Virus record (IMG/VR): IMGVR_UViG_3300045988_082739
DNA length: 32,123 nucleotides
DNA from: a virus
Strand: one strand, 5' to 3'
Shown one piece after another: positions 14,083 to 23,150 of the stretch. Both the position numbers and the translations under genes were made by a program. Each line of letters opens with the position of its first letter. The stretch's first letter is position 1. The notes beneath the pieces were generated by a model that did no database searches, had not been told where the DNA came from, and saw only the letters and a program-made list of their open reading frames with translations.

Positions 14083-14327
14083 TACGCCGCAAAAAAACAA
14101 AGCTCCCGAAATGGAGGTACGAGTTCGATTGCCGGAAGTGCGACAACATTCGGGAGATACACGACCCGCGCAAGCGCAGAGACGGCGATTATTGCGTCCC
14201 GTGCATAGAACGGTACGACGCAGGACTCCCGAGCCCCATACGGGCATACGAAAAAGAGCGCGTCCTCCGTTGCGAGTGCTTTACTGCCATTCAAAAGGAG
14301 GAGGAACAAGAAAATGCAAAAGTGTAA
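14079..14327 (+). CDS. Small Cys-rich protein (82 aa)
   Basis: CRKC...CVPC...CEC pattern. Coupled start. Confidence 0.5.
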   Translation: MIRRKKTKLPKWRYEFDCRKCDNIREIHDPRKRRDGDYCVPCIERYDAGLPSPIRAYEKERVLRCECFTAIQKEEEQENAKV

Positions 14328-14547
14328 AGAGTGCATATATGGAAAGACGTACAACGTGCCGAGAAACGGAAACGGAGGGAGTTGGCGCTCCGGGCATTTC
14401 TCGCAAAAAGGATATGTATGTAGCCACAAAGACGGGGAAAACAAACTCCCGATTATTTTCTACGGAGAAACAGCTCCGCGAAAATGCCCGCTCCGAAATG
14501 CGGGAAAGAAAAAACCTCCGACGCTCGCTCAAGCGCCGGAGGCGTAA
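14314..14547 (+). CDS. Small Cys-rich protein (77 aa)
   Basis: CKEC...C...C pattern. GGAGGAGGA upstream. Confidence 0.45.
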   Translation: MQKCKECIYGKTYNVPRNGNGGSWRSGHFSQKGYVCSHKDGENKLPIIFYGETAPRKCPLRNAGKKKPPTLAQAPEA

Positions 14548-14732
14548 CCGCCCCGAAAGGTGATTACCTATACCTATATTATATTACCACACTCCGGGGA
14601 CGGTGACAAGGGAAAAAGAGAAAAAGCGCGAGGCGCTTATTCGGGCTTGTATGGAATATTATCTAACCGACCAAGAGAGGGAGCCTCCGCTCTCCCGCTC
14701 TTTGCTCCAAAAAGCGAGCGAACACACGCCGC

Positions 14733-14793
14733 CGAGGGAGGAGGGAGCGCGAGGGAGGAGGGAGGGGGCGGTCTATGAGCCCTCCTCCCTCGC
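14733..14793 (+). repeat. Iteron-like element upstream of rep: two direct 15-nt copies cgagggaggagggag (14733-14747, 14750-14764) and an inverted copy (14780-14793) forming a 14-bp perfect stem
   Basis: Read directly. The region lies in a 270-bp stretch with no convincing ORF, next to an AT-rich patch at 14561-14590. Confidence 0.6.
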
Positions 14794-14819
14794 AACGGGT
14801 AACACTCGGAGGGTGCAGA

Positions 14820-15596
14820 ATGAGGACAGTCTATCGTGAAAAGCGGTATTATTGCGGGGAGTACCTCGACGTATTTATTTTCCCGGTTTATAGCTCGGGA
14901 AAGAAAGGGTCGAGAGGAAAACGGGGAAAGCCAACCTCCGCCGCACAAAAGAAACTCAATCAGCGGCACAGGGAGGAAAAGCTCGTTCGGCTCCTCCATG
15001 CCAACTTTACGCCGGAGGATTTAGAATTGCACTTGACGTATGCGGAACAGCCGGAGGACGACGAGGCCGCGAAACGGGAGCTCGCGAATTTCCTCCGCCG
15101 GGTGCGCCGGTATCGGAAAAAGAACGGCCTCCCGCCGCTGAAATATATCGCTGTGACGGAGCGCGGGAAACGGGGCGGTCGCTATCACCACCACGTCACG
15201 ATAAACGGGGGTATCGACCGGGATGTTTTAGAAAGCCTTTGGGGGCTCGGCTATGCCAACTCCCGCCGCTTGCAGTTCACGGAGAACGGCCTCGCCGGTC
15301 TCGGAAATTACATCGTGAAAAGCCCGGTCGGGGGCAAGGCGTGGAACGCCTCGAAAAACCTCGTCGACCCGGAGCCGAGGACGCGGGACGGGCATATCTC
15401 CGCCCGCCGTGCTCGGGAGCTTTCGCAGGACACGACGGACAACACGGAGTTTGAAAAGCTCTATCCGGGGTATTTTCTCTCGGAGGCCGGGGCTTTCCAC
15501 AACGACGTGAACGGCGGATATTACATAATCGCGAGATATTACCGCAAAGACGGGGTATTTATCAAACCGAAACGGAAACGGAGGGCTCGAAAATGA
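14820..15596 (+). CDS. rep: Rolling-circle-type replication initiator (HUH endonuclease superfamily), 258 aa
   Basis: Motif 1-like LELHLTYA, HUH motif RYHHHVTING and Tyr motif GLGNYIVKSP. GGAGGG RBS 5-6 nt upstream of ATG 14820. Confidence 0.55.
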   Translation: MRTVYREKRYYCGEYLDVFIFPVYSSGKKGSRGKRGKPTSAAQKKLNQRHREEKLVRLLHANFTPEDLELHLTYAEQPEDDEAAKRELANFLRRVRRYRKKNGLPPLKYIAVTERGKRGGRYHHHVTINGGIDRDVLESLWGLGYANSRRLQFTENGLAGLGNYIVKSPVGGKAWNASKNLVDPEPRTRDGHISARRARELSQDTTDNTEFEKLYPGYFLSEAGAFHNDVNGGYYIIARYYRKDGVFIKPKRKRRARK

Positions 15597-15976
15597 AACT
15601 CAACGAATACGCGCGGGCGGTGCATGAGAACGCGGTCGCGCACGGCTGGTACGACAACGGTATCGAGTTCCCGGAGGTCGCCGCGCTCATTCACTCGGAG
15701 ATTTCCGAGGCGCTCGCGGAGTACCGGGAGGGAAATCCGCTCATTTACGGGTGTTGCGGGATACCGGGCGCGGTATGCGAGTTCGAGGGGGCGTGCGACA
15801 AGCCGGAAAACGAGCGCACTTGCAAGCCGGAGGGCCTCGCCGTGGAGCTTTGCGACGCTATCATGAGGATTTTAGACTATCTCGCGTATATGCACGTCGA
15901 CGTGGAGGCGGTGCTCGAGGCAAAGCACGCCTACAACCTCGGGAGACCGTACCGGCATGGAGGGAAAAAGGCATGA
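15593..15976 (+). CDS. MazG-like nucleotide pyrophosphohydrolase with a Cys-rich insert
   Basis: IHSEISEALAEY ... ELCDAIMRILDYLAYMHVDVEAVLEAKHAYNLGRPYRHGGKK, an all-alpha NTP-PPase pattern. Confidence 0.55.
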   Translation: MKLNEYARAVHENAVAHGWYDNGIEFPEVAALIHSEISEALAEYREGNPLIYGCCGIPGAVCEFEGACDKPENERTCKPEGLAVELCDAIMRILDYLAYMHVDVEAVLEAKHAYNLGRPYRHGGKKA

Positions 15977-16416
15977 TAAATTATTTCGACGCGGCGGAGA
16001 AAACGCTCCGCTCGCGAGGCGTGCTCGAAACGGCCCTCGAAAACCTCGAGCGGCGGCGGGAGCGGATTATCGCACAAAGCGGCCCGGCGGGGTATCCGTC
16101 GCCGGACTTCTCAAAGCCCTATGCAAGCGTCGGCGCGGTGAACGACGCTCTTTCGGCGTGCCTTGAGCTCGCGGAGGTTACGCGGGAGATAGAGCGCACG
16201 GAGGAGGCTATCGGGGAGATAGACCGAGTTATCGGACAGCTCGAGCCGGAGGAGCGGGAGATTATCCGCCTTTGGTACATCGAGCGCAAGAGCAAAGAGG
16301 AGATAGCCGGGGCCGTGAGTTATGCCTCAATGACAAGCGTGTATGACGTGCGTAACCGCGCCGTCGCCCGCTTTGCCTTGCTCTATTTCGGGGCGGGAGC
16401 TATTTCCTCCGTGTAG
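15973..16416 (+). CDS. Sigma-70 region-4-like / RinA-ArpU-type late transcription regulator (147 aa)
   Basis: LEPEEREIIRLWYIERKSKEEIAGAVSYASMTSVYDVRNRAV is an HTH motif. This is the last gene before the packaging/late operon. Confidence 0.55.
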   Translation: MINYFDAAEKTLRSRGVLETALENLERRRERIIAQSGPAGYPSPDFSKPYASVGAVNDALSACLELAEVTREIERTEEAIGEIDRVIGQLEPEEREIIRLWYIERKSKEEIAGAVSYASMTSVYDVRNRAVARFALLYFGAGAISSV

Positions 16417-16456
16417 GATATTCTCACGTTTTATAGCGTTTTGAAAAAAGAGTGTA

Positions 16457-16486
16457 TAGAAACTTGTATTTTGCCCGTGGTATCAT
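16457..16486 (+). promoter_or_regulatory. Candidate late promoter TAGAAA - 18 nt - TGgTATCAT (extended -10)
   Basis: Read directly. It lies in the 195-bp gap that precedes the HNH/terminase operon. Confidence 0.3.
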
Positions 16487-16611
16487 GTACCCGTAAAGAG
16501 AGGCGGAACACAACCCTCGCCGCCGTGCGCCCTACATGGAGAGAGCTCGTAGTACACGAGTGAGTTCAATCCGTGCGGGGCGTTCTCTTTGCACATATGG
16601 AGGGACAGAGT

Positions 16612-16941
16612 ATGCGGGCATTTGCAAAGGCTTTCTACGAGTCTCCGGCATGGCGCAGGACGCGGGCCTATATCCTCAAGCGGGACGCGGGACTATGCGT
16701 GCGGTGCGGTGCGCCGGGGGTTATCGTACACCATAAGCGGGAGCTCACGCCGCAGAACATAGACGACCCTATGATTTCTCTCGACGCGGACAACCTCGAG
16801 ACGCTTTGCCGCGCGTGTCACGCGATAGCGCACGGAGCAAAGCCGCCGCTCGCGGAGGGGCTCGCGTTCGATGAATACGGGAACGTCGTCGAGGCGGGAC
16901 TCATGCCGAAACCGGCAGGCGACGACGACGAATTTTATTAG
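16612..16941 (+). CDS. HNH endonuclease (terminase-associated)
   Basis: CVRCG...VHHK...N...LCRACHAIAH. GGAGGG lies 6 nt before ATG 16612. Located upstream of terS/terL as in HK97-like cos phages. Confidence 0.8.
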   Translation: MRAFAKAFYESPAWRRTRAYILKRDAGLCVRCGAPGVIVHHKRELTPQNIDDPMISLDADNLETLCRACHAIAHGAKPPLAEGLAFDEYGNVVEAGLMPKPAGDDDEFY

Positions 16942-17070
16942 ACCTCCCCCCGGTATCCCCGAAATAAACCCGCCGCTCGTAACCGCGCCTCAACCCTGTT
17001 TAGAACCGCCCCGGTCGCGCACATAAGGGGGGGTCAAGCCGGGAGGGGCGGCAGAAAAGGAGGCTCCGAA

Positions 17071-17460
17071 ATGGCAAAAGTTAGCAAGAAATACGAGGAC
17101 ATGACGGTCGAAGAAAAGACAAAAAAAGTCGAGCGCCGTATAAAGGTATTATTCCGGGAAATCCCGAAAGAAAAACGGCAGTTCGTCGACGCGCTGATTT
17201 ACCAGTTTTCCGTGACGACCGTAACGCTCGAGCGGCTCGTCGAGGAGCTCAATAACGGGGCCATTTTGGAGGATTTCACACAAGGAAAACAGCAGTTCCG
17301 CCGCGAAAATCCCGCCTTGAAGTCGTATAACACGACGATAAAATCCTTTACCGCGCTCACAAATCAGCTTATCGGACTCCTCCCGGAGCCGGAGAAAAAG
17401 AGCGCCGGAGACGAGCTCATGAGCTTTATCACAAAGCCGAAAGGGACGGGTAAGCCGTGA
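17071..17460 (+). CDS. terS: Terminase small subunit (P27 family-like)
   Basis: Size, position and the pattern ..RRENPALKSYNTTIKSFTALTNQL. GTGA coupling to terL. Confidence 0.7.
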   Translation: MAKVSKKYEDMTVEEKTKKVERRIKVLFREIPKEKRQFVDALIYQFSVTTVTLERLVEELNNGAILEDFTQGKQQFRRENPALKSYNTTIKSFTALTNQLIGLLPEPEKKSAGDELMSFITKPKGTGKP

Positions 17461-19112
17461 ACTACGTCCGCGAGTATTGGCGGAAAATCGAGAGCGGCGA
17501 AATCGTCACGAGCCGCCGGGTAAAGGCGGTTTACGGGCGGCTCATGGAGGAAATGGACTCCCCCGCCGCCGACTCCCCGTATTATTTCGACGAGGAGACC
17601 GGCGAGCGCCCGATTATCTTCATCGAGCGGTTTTGCAAACAGTCACAAGGCACGCTCGGGGCCCCTCTACGCCTCGAGCTTTTCCAAAAGGCATTTATAC
17701 AAACTCTTTTCGGGTGGCTCTTGAAAGAGACCGGGTATCGGCGCTTTCGAGAGACGCTCTTTTTGGTGGGCCGGAAAAACGGCAAGTCGACCCTCCTCGC
17801 GGCGCTCGCGCTCTATATGCTCGTCGCCGACTACGAGGGCGCGGCGGAGATATACTCCGTCGCCACGAAGAAAGACCAAGCCCGGAAAACGCTCACCGAG
17901 GCCGTGAACATGGTCAAGCAGAGCCCGGAGCTCCGGGCCATCATCAAGAAACGCCGGAACGATATTTACTTTCCGGCGACGGCCTCCACATTCGAGGCGC
18001 TCGCCTCAGACTCGAATACCCTCGACGGCCTCAACTCGCACGCCGTCATTATCGACGAGCTCCACGCGATACGAGACCGCAACCTCTACGAAGTCATGAA
18101 ACAGTCGACGAGCTCTCGGCGGCAACCCCTCGTTATCATGATTACCACGAGCGGGACGGTGCGCGAGTCCGTTTTCGACAACCTGTACGGCCTCGCGTGC
18201 GACATAGCCGACGGCAAGGTAACGGAGGACACTTTCCTACCCGTGCTCTACGAGCTGGACGCGCGGGCCGAGTGGACAGACCCGCAGGCGTGGATAAAGG
18301 CAAACCCCGGCCTCGGGACGATTAAGCAGTACGCGACCCTCGCGGCCTTTGTGGAGCGGGCGAAGAAAAACCCGGAGGACTTGCCGGGCGTGCTTTGCAA
18401 GGATTTCAACGTCCCGGAGACCTCCGCGTCGGTATGGCTCTCGTTCGAGGACATAAAGAACGACGCGACTTTTACCATGCAGGACGTATATAACACCTAC
18501 GCTATCGGCGGGTGCGACCTCTCCGCGACGACCGACCTAACGTGCGCGACGCTCCTCATTCGCCGGAGCCGAGAGGACGAGACCGTCTACGTTTTACAGC
18601 ACTATTTCATACCGCAAAAGCGGATAGACCAACTCGACGAGCACAACTCGCAAGAGGCCCCGTACAAGATATGGGCGGAGCGGGAACTCCTCACGATATG
18701 CGACGGGGCCCGCGTCGACTATTCGGCGGTGACGGCGTGGTTTTGCAAAATGCGGGACGAGTTCAAGATAGACGCTTTCGCGGTGGGATACGACCGCGCC
18801 CTCGCCGGGTATTGGGTCGACGAAATGAAAGCAAACGGCTTTGATATGCGGGCAGTCGCGCAGGGGCCTTTTACATGGTCTCAACCTATGCGAGAAATGG
18901 GCGCGGCCTTTGCCGACAAAAAGGTCAACTACAACCGAAATCCCGTGCTCGTGTGGTGCCTCTCAAATACAGCGGTCAAAAAGAGCGGGGTAAACAACAT
19001 ACAGCCGGTCAAGGTCTCGGACAGGCGCAGGATTGACGGCGCGGTATCTCTCCTCAATGCGTGGGTTATCTACGTCCGGGATAACGAGGACTATATGTAT
19101 CTTGTGGGGTGA
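17457..19112 (+). CDS. terL: Terminase large subunit
   Basis: Walker A GRKNGKSTLLAALALY, Walker B-like HAVIIDELH and a C-terminal nuclease region. 551 aa. Confidence 0.9.
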   Translation: MNYVREYWRKIESGEIVTSRRVKAVYGRLMEEMDSPAADSPYYFDEETGERPIIFIERFCKQSQGTLGAPLRLELFQKAFIQTLFGWLLKETGYRRFRETLFLVGRKNGKSTLLAALALYMLVADYEGAAEIYSVATKKDQARKTLTEAVNMVKQSPELRAIIKKRRNDIYFPATASTFEALASDSNTLDGLNSHAVIIDELHAIRDRNLYEVMKQSTSSRRQPLVIMITTSGTVRESVFDNLYGLACDIADGKVTEDTFLPVLYELDARAEWTDPQAWIKANPGLGTIKQYATLAAFVERAKKNPEDLPGVLCKDFNVPETSASVWLSFEDIKNDATFTMQDVYNTYAIGGCDLSATTDLTCATLLIRRSREDETVYVLQHYFIPQKRIDQLDEHNSQEAPYKIWAERELLTICDGARVDYSAVTAWFCKMRDEFKIDAFAVGYDRALAGYWVDEMKANGFDMRAVAQGPFTWSQPMREMGAAFADKKVNYNRNPVLVWCLSNTAVKKSGVNNIQPVKVSDRRRIDGAVSLLNAWVIYVRDNEDYMYLVG

Positions 19113-19116
19113 CAGC

Positions 19117-20409
19117 ATGAGAGAAAAACGAAGTCTTTTCGAGACGATTTTCGGGAAGAAACGGGACGACAACAAGAATTACTCGGCCTATAAGCTCTTG
19201 AGCTCGTGGGAGTCGACCTTTATCCCATACTCGGGCAACGCATGGGACATAAATACCGTGCGCTCGGCGGTGGACGCTTTCGCCCGCCGGGTATCCACGG
19301 CACAGCCCCGGCACGTCCGGCAGACGGAGGAGACAACGACGGCGGTACACGACTATTTAGACCGGGTATTGCAATTCCGGCCTAACAGGTATATGACCGC
19401 CTCCGAGTTTTACTACAAGCTCGCGGCTCAATACAAGGTCTATAACAACGCGATAGCGTACCCGATTTTCGACTCGGCAAACCGGCTCGTCGAGATTTAC
19501 CCTATCAACGCGCAGTATTTCGAGCTCCTCGAGTACATGGGCGTTATGTATTGCCGGTTCCGTTTCGCGACCGGATCCTCGTACATCTGCGAGTATTCCC
19601 GGCTTATCCATATCCGGCGGCATTTCCTCGAAAACGATATTTTCGGGGACAATAACAAGCCCCTCGAGACCGTGCTCAAGACGGCGAACACGTTCAATCA
19701 GTCTATGAGCAAATTCGCGGAGCTCGTCGCTATCATCCGGGGCGTGCTCAAGGTCTCGAACGCAGTCAAAACGGAGGACTTGAACAAGCGCCGAGACGAC
19801 TTTATTCGGGACAACCTCCGCATGGAGAACAACGGAGCGGGCGTTATCGTGACCGACGCAAAGTACGACTACACGCCGATACAGGACAAAACGACCCCTA
19901 TCCCCTCGACGCAGTTAAATTACATCAAAGAGGAGATTTACGACTATTTCGGCGTGTCGAAACCTATCGTCGAGAACACCGCGACGGCGGCGGAGGAGTC
20001 GGCATTTTATAACGGCGAGATAGCTCCGTTTTTCCGCAAGCTGACGCAAGCGTTCTCGAATTGTATCTTTTCAGAACGGGAGTTCGGGCACGGAAACCGA
20101 GTCGTGTTCTCTACCAACTCGATACAGTTCGCGACGCTCTCGGACAAGGTGAGCGCGGCGAAGTTCTTGACGGAAATCGGCGCGGCGACGCTCGACCAAA
20201 TCCTCACTATGTTTGATATGCCGACCATCGGCGGCGAGGAGGGGGCCCGGCGGGTTCAGACCTTGAACATGGTAAACGCCGAGCTCGCGGACAAGTACCA
20301 AACCGGCGCGGAGACCGACCCGCCGCCGGAGAAAGACCCGGAGCCGCCGGAGGGCGACCCGGAGGGAAACGAGCCGCCGGAGGGCGGCGGAGAGGAGGGC
20401 CAGAAATGA
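19117..20409 (+). CDS. Portal protein (HK97 family-like), 430 aa
   Basis: Position after terL, size, and an acidic Pro/Glu-rich C-terminus. The ATG at 19117 is preferred over the listed upstream start, which overlaps terL. Confidence 0.8.
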   Translation: MREKRSLFETIFGKKRDDNKNYSAYKLLSSWESTFIPYSGNAWDINTVRSAVDAFARRVSTAQPRHVRQTEETTTAVHDYLDRVLQFRPNRYMTASEFYYKLAAQYKVYNNAIAYPIFDSANRLVEIYPINAQYFELLEYMGVMYCRFRFATGSSYICEYSRLIHIRRHFLENDIFGDNNKPLETVLKTANTFNQSMSKFAELVAIIRGVLKVSNAVKTEDLNKRRDDFIRDNLRMENNGAGVIVTDAKYDYTPIQDKTTPIPSTQLNYIKEEIYDYFGVSKPIVENTATAAEESAFYNGEIAPFFRKLTQAFSNCIFSEREFGHGNRVVFSTNSIQFATLSDKVSAAKFLTEIGAATLDQILTMFDMPTIGGEEGARRVQTLNMVNAELADKYQTGAETDPPPEKDPEPPEGDPEGNEPPEGGGEEGQK

Positions 20410-20993
20410 ACATCAAAGAGGGGCGCGAATACCGCGCCTTGCAGGACTTCTCCCTCGTCCCCCGCGAGGAGGGCTCCGAGGAGTACCGCGTAAAGGGTAC
20501 GGCGGTCGTGTTCGACACGCCGACCGTTATCGCGGAGTATGACGGTATCAAGTATTGCGAGGTTATCGACCGGCACGCTTTCGACGAGTGCGACCTCTCC
20601 GACGTGATTATGAACTATAACCACGCCGGGAAAGTGGTCGCCCGGCTCCGAAACAAGACGCTCGCCCTCGACATTAACGAGCGCGGGGTCGATATTGAGG
20701 CAAATCTCGGCGGCACGACCGCCGGGCGGGAGCTGTACGAGGAAATCGACGGCGGCTATGTGGATAAAATGTCCTTTTCGTTCACCGTGCGGGAGTCGAA
20801 GTACGACAGCACCACGCACACGCGGACGATTACAAAGGTCAAGAAACTGTACGACGTTTCGGCGGTGGATATTCCCGCCTATAACGAGACCTCGATTGCG
20901 GCGCGGAGCTTTTTCGCGGTGGAGCACGAGAAAGAGCTTGCGGCTTTGGAGCAAGCCCGGCGGCGTAAGAGGCTGATAGCACTCACCTATTGA
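20406..20993 (+). CDS. Prohead maturation protease (HK97 / S78 family-like)
   Basis: Position between the portal and capsid genes, 195 aa, ATGA coupling. Confidence 0.75.
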   Translation: MNIKEGREYRALQDFSLVPREEGSEEYRVKGTAVVFDTPTVIAEYDGIKYCEVIDRHAFDECDLSDVIMNYNHAGKVVARLRNKTLALDINERGVDIEANLGGTTAGRELYEEIDGGYVDKMSFSFTVRESKYDSTTHTRTITKVKKLYDVSAVDIPAYNETSIAARSFFAVEHEKELAALEQARRRKRLIALTY

Positions 20994-21015
20994 CAAAAAT
21001 TATGGAGGTAACGAA

Positions 21016-22179
21016 ATGAACATCGAGAAAAGACTCGCAGAAATCCGCGCTCGCAAGGCCGAAATCCGCTCCATCATCGAGAAAGACGACAAGGCGGATA
21101 TGGACGCTCTCGAGAAAGAGCTCCGCGAGCTGAACGAGGAGGCCGAGGGCCTCGAGCGTCGGCAGAACATCGAGCGTATGCTCAACAGCGGCGCGGCGGT
21201 CGCTAATCCCGTGAGCGTGAACACTCCCGAGAGCCGCTCCGAGGAGGTAGACGAAAAGCTCTACCGTTCCGCATGGCTGAAAACCTTGCAGGGTAAGCCC
21301 CTCACTGACGCGGAGCAGAGGGCTTATAGCACCGCCGCGAACTCCGGCCTCCCCATTATCCCGGAGACGACCGCAAATCAGATCATCAAGAAAATGTACG
21401 AGGTCGCGCCCATCCTCGAGCGGTGCCGTATCTTCCACGTTCCCGGCAATATGAAATTTGCCGTTGAGGGGACGAACGACGACGCGGCTCTCCACACCGA
21501 GAACGCGGCTATCACCCCGGCGGGCGACTCCCTCACGTCCGTAAACCTCACCGGCTACGAAATCGTAAAGCTGGTGAAAGCCTCCCGCGCGTGCTCCGAA
21601 ATGGCGCTTTCCGCCTTTGAGAGCTACGTCGTCGAGATTATCGCGGAGTCTATCGCCCGGAAGATTGAAAACTACATCTTCACCGGCACGGGCTCCAACC
21701 AGCCGGGCGGCGTGAAAACCGCCGGTAAGGGCGCGAGCGGCGCGTATACCGACAACACCGACCAGATTACCGTTGCCGCCGCCGGTTCTCTCTCCGAGGC
21801 GAACGTCGTCGCCCTGTATGGTATGCTCGGGGACGGCTACGAGAGAAACGCCGTGTGGTGCATGAGAAAGGCGACGTTCTTCTCCGACTTCTTCCCGCTG
21901 ATGAACAAGAGCAAGAACAACCTTATCGAGTTCGCGAACGGTCGTTACTACATCATGGGTAACGAGGTCTATTTCACCGGCTCCGTGCCCGCAGACGAGG
22001 CGTATCTCGGCGACTTCTCCTATATCATCGGCAACTACTCGCAGGATATTACCGTCGTCAAGAGCGAGCACTCCGGCCTCGCGACGAACTCTATCGACTT
22101 CCTCGGCTCTTGCGTGTTCGACAGCAAGCCCGCCGCCGGTCTCGGCGCGTTCGTCCATCTGGCAAAGGCCAGCGCGTAA
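21016..22179 (+). CDS. Major capsid protein (HK97 fold) with an N-terminal coiled-coil delta/scaffold domain
   Basis: N-terminus MNIEKRLAEIRARKAEIRSIIEKDDKADMDALEKELRELNEEAEGLERRQN followed by a capsid-like body. 387 aa. Confidence 0.85.
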   Translation: MNIEKRLAEIRARKAEIRSIIEKDDKADMDALEKELRELNEEAEGLERRQNIERMLNSGAAVANPVSVNTPESRSEEVDEKLYRSAWLKTLQGKPLTDAEQRAYSTAANSGLPIIPETTANQIIKKMYEVAPILERCRIFHVPGNMKFAVEGTNDDAALHTENAAITPAGDSLTSVNLTGYEIVKLVKASRACSEMALSAFESYVVEIIAESIARKIENYIFTGTGSNQPGGVKTAGKGASGAYTDNTDQITVAAAGSLSEANVVALYGMLGDGYERNAVWCMRKATFFSDFFPLMNKSKNNLIEFANGRYYIMGNEVYFTGSVPADEAYLGDFSYIIGNYSQDITVVKSEHSGLATNSIDFLGSCVFDSKPAAGLGAFVHLAKASA

Positions 22180-22192
22180 GGGAGGGCTCTAA

Positions 22193-22510
22193 ATGGCTAT
22201 CGGAGACTCGTATTTGACGAGTATCCGGCAGTACATGAGAATTACCTCGACCGCGTTCGACCCCGAATTGAAAGACCTCATTAACGCCGCCCGAGCCGAC
22301 CTTGTGCTCGGCGGCGTTCTTGAGGTCAAGGCGCAGGACGAGACCGACCCGCTTATCTTGCGGGCGGTCGCGACCTATGTAAAGGCCGAGTTCGGGCTCG
22401 ATAACGAGGACTCGGAGAAATACCGGGCCTCGTACAAGGAACAGCGGAACGGGCTCACCCTATCGGACGCATATATCGCGGCGGAGGAGCCAGAGCCGGA
22501 GGAGGGATAG
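22193..22510 (+). CDS. Head-tail connector protein (gp6-like)
   Basis: YLTSIRQYMRITSTAFDPELKDLINAARADL pattern and position. Confidence 0.7.
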   Translation: MAIGDSYLTSIRQYMRITSTAFDPELKDLINAARADLVLGGVLEVKAQDETDPLILRAVATYVKAEFGLDNEDSEKYRASYKEQRNGLTLSDAYIAAEEPEPEEG

Positions 22511-22513
22511 CTC

Positions 22514-22822
22514 ATGTATTGGCGGGATACGGTGACGCTTGAGGCCGTCACCCACGGCGCAGACGAGGAGGGATACCCGAAAGAGGCCGTCGAGGAGACG
22601 GAGGTTTTCGCCGACGTTCAATCGGTGCGGCGCTCCGAGTTCTACGCCGCAAAGCAAATCGGAGTTACCCTCGCTATCGCGGTCAAGCTCCGCGCCGCCG
22701 ACTATGCCGGGCAAGAGCGCCTTGTCTGGAATGGCACGCGGTACAAGGTCGAGCGGGCCTATACGGAGGCGCGGGAAATGTACGAGCTCGAGTGCTCGGA
22801 GTTCAAGGAGGCGGAGAAATGA
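22514..22822 (+). CDS. Head closure / head-tail adaptor protein
   Basis: Position and size. ..VFADVQSVRRSEFYAAKQIG...RLVWNGTRYKV is a typical head-closure pattern. Confidence 0.65.
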   Translation: MYWRDTVTLEAVTHGADEEGYPKEAVEETEVFADVQSVRRSEFYAAKQIGVTLAIAVKLRAADYAGQERLVWNGTRYKVERAYTEAREMYELECSEFKEAEK

Positions 22823-23148
22823 GTATCGAGGCGCGGCTCGTCGAGGCTTTCGACGGGCTCGTGAACTCCCCCGCCGCCGCGAACACCTACAAGGGCGACG
22901 ACGCGGAGTATATCACGTTCAACTATACGGAGATACCCGACGATTTCGGGGACGACGACGCGGGCCATTACCGGGCCCTCGTGCAAGTGCATTATTTCGC
23001 CCCGCACGAGAAGAACACACGGGCGACACGGCGGGAAATCACCCGCCGTATCGTCGCCGCCGGGTTCACGAGGCCGTCTATCACTCCGGCCTCGGACGCG
23101 AACGGGCAACACTACGTTTTCGAGTGTGAGGACGCGGAGGCGGTGTAG
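22819..23148 (+). CDS. Neck / tail-completion protein (hypothetical structural), 109 aa
   Basis: ATGA coupling and position in the connector gene series. Confidence 0.5.
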   Translation: MSIEARLVEAFDGLVNSPAAANTYKGDDAEYITFNYTEIPDDFGDDDAGHYRALVQVHYFAPHEKNTRATRREITRRIVAAGFTRPSITPASDANGQHYVFECEDAEAV

Positions 23149-23150
23149 CT

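Noticed and set aside
14560-14839. ORFs 14560..14778 and 14603..14839 upstream of rep
   Set aside because: The translations are dominated by the GGAGGGAGG repeats (EEGGGG / REEGARGRREG). The region is better explained as non-coding origin or regulatory DNA.
16540-16580. gagttcaatccgtgc resembling a tRNA T-loop
   Set aside because: No complementary T-stem, acceptor stem or anticodon arm could be built around it, so it is not a tRNA.
20983-22158. 391-aa - strand ORF antisense to the major capsid gene; similar long antisense ORFs at 12314..13165, 20256..20996, 23381..24247, 28161..28952 and 8674..9420
   Set aside because: They have no RBS and Arg/Gly/Val-rich composition. They fully overlap + strand genes that carry clear family signatures. 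This is a GC-rich antisense artefact.
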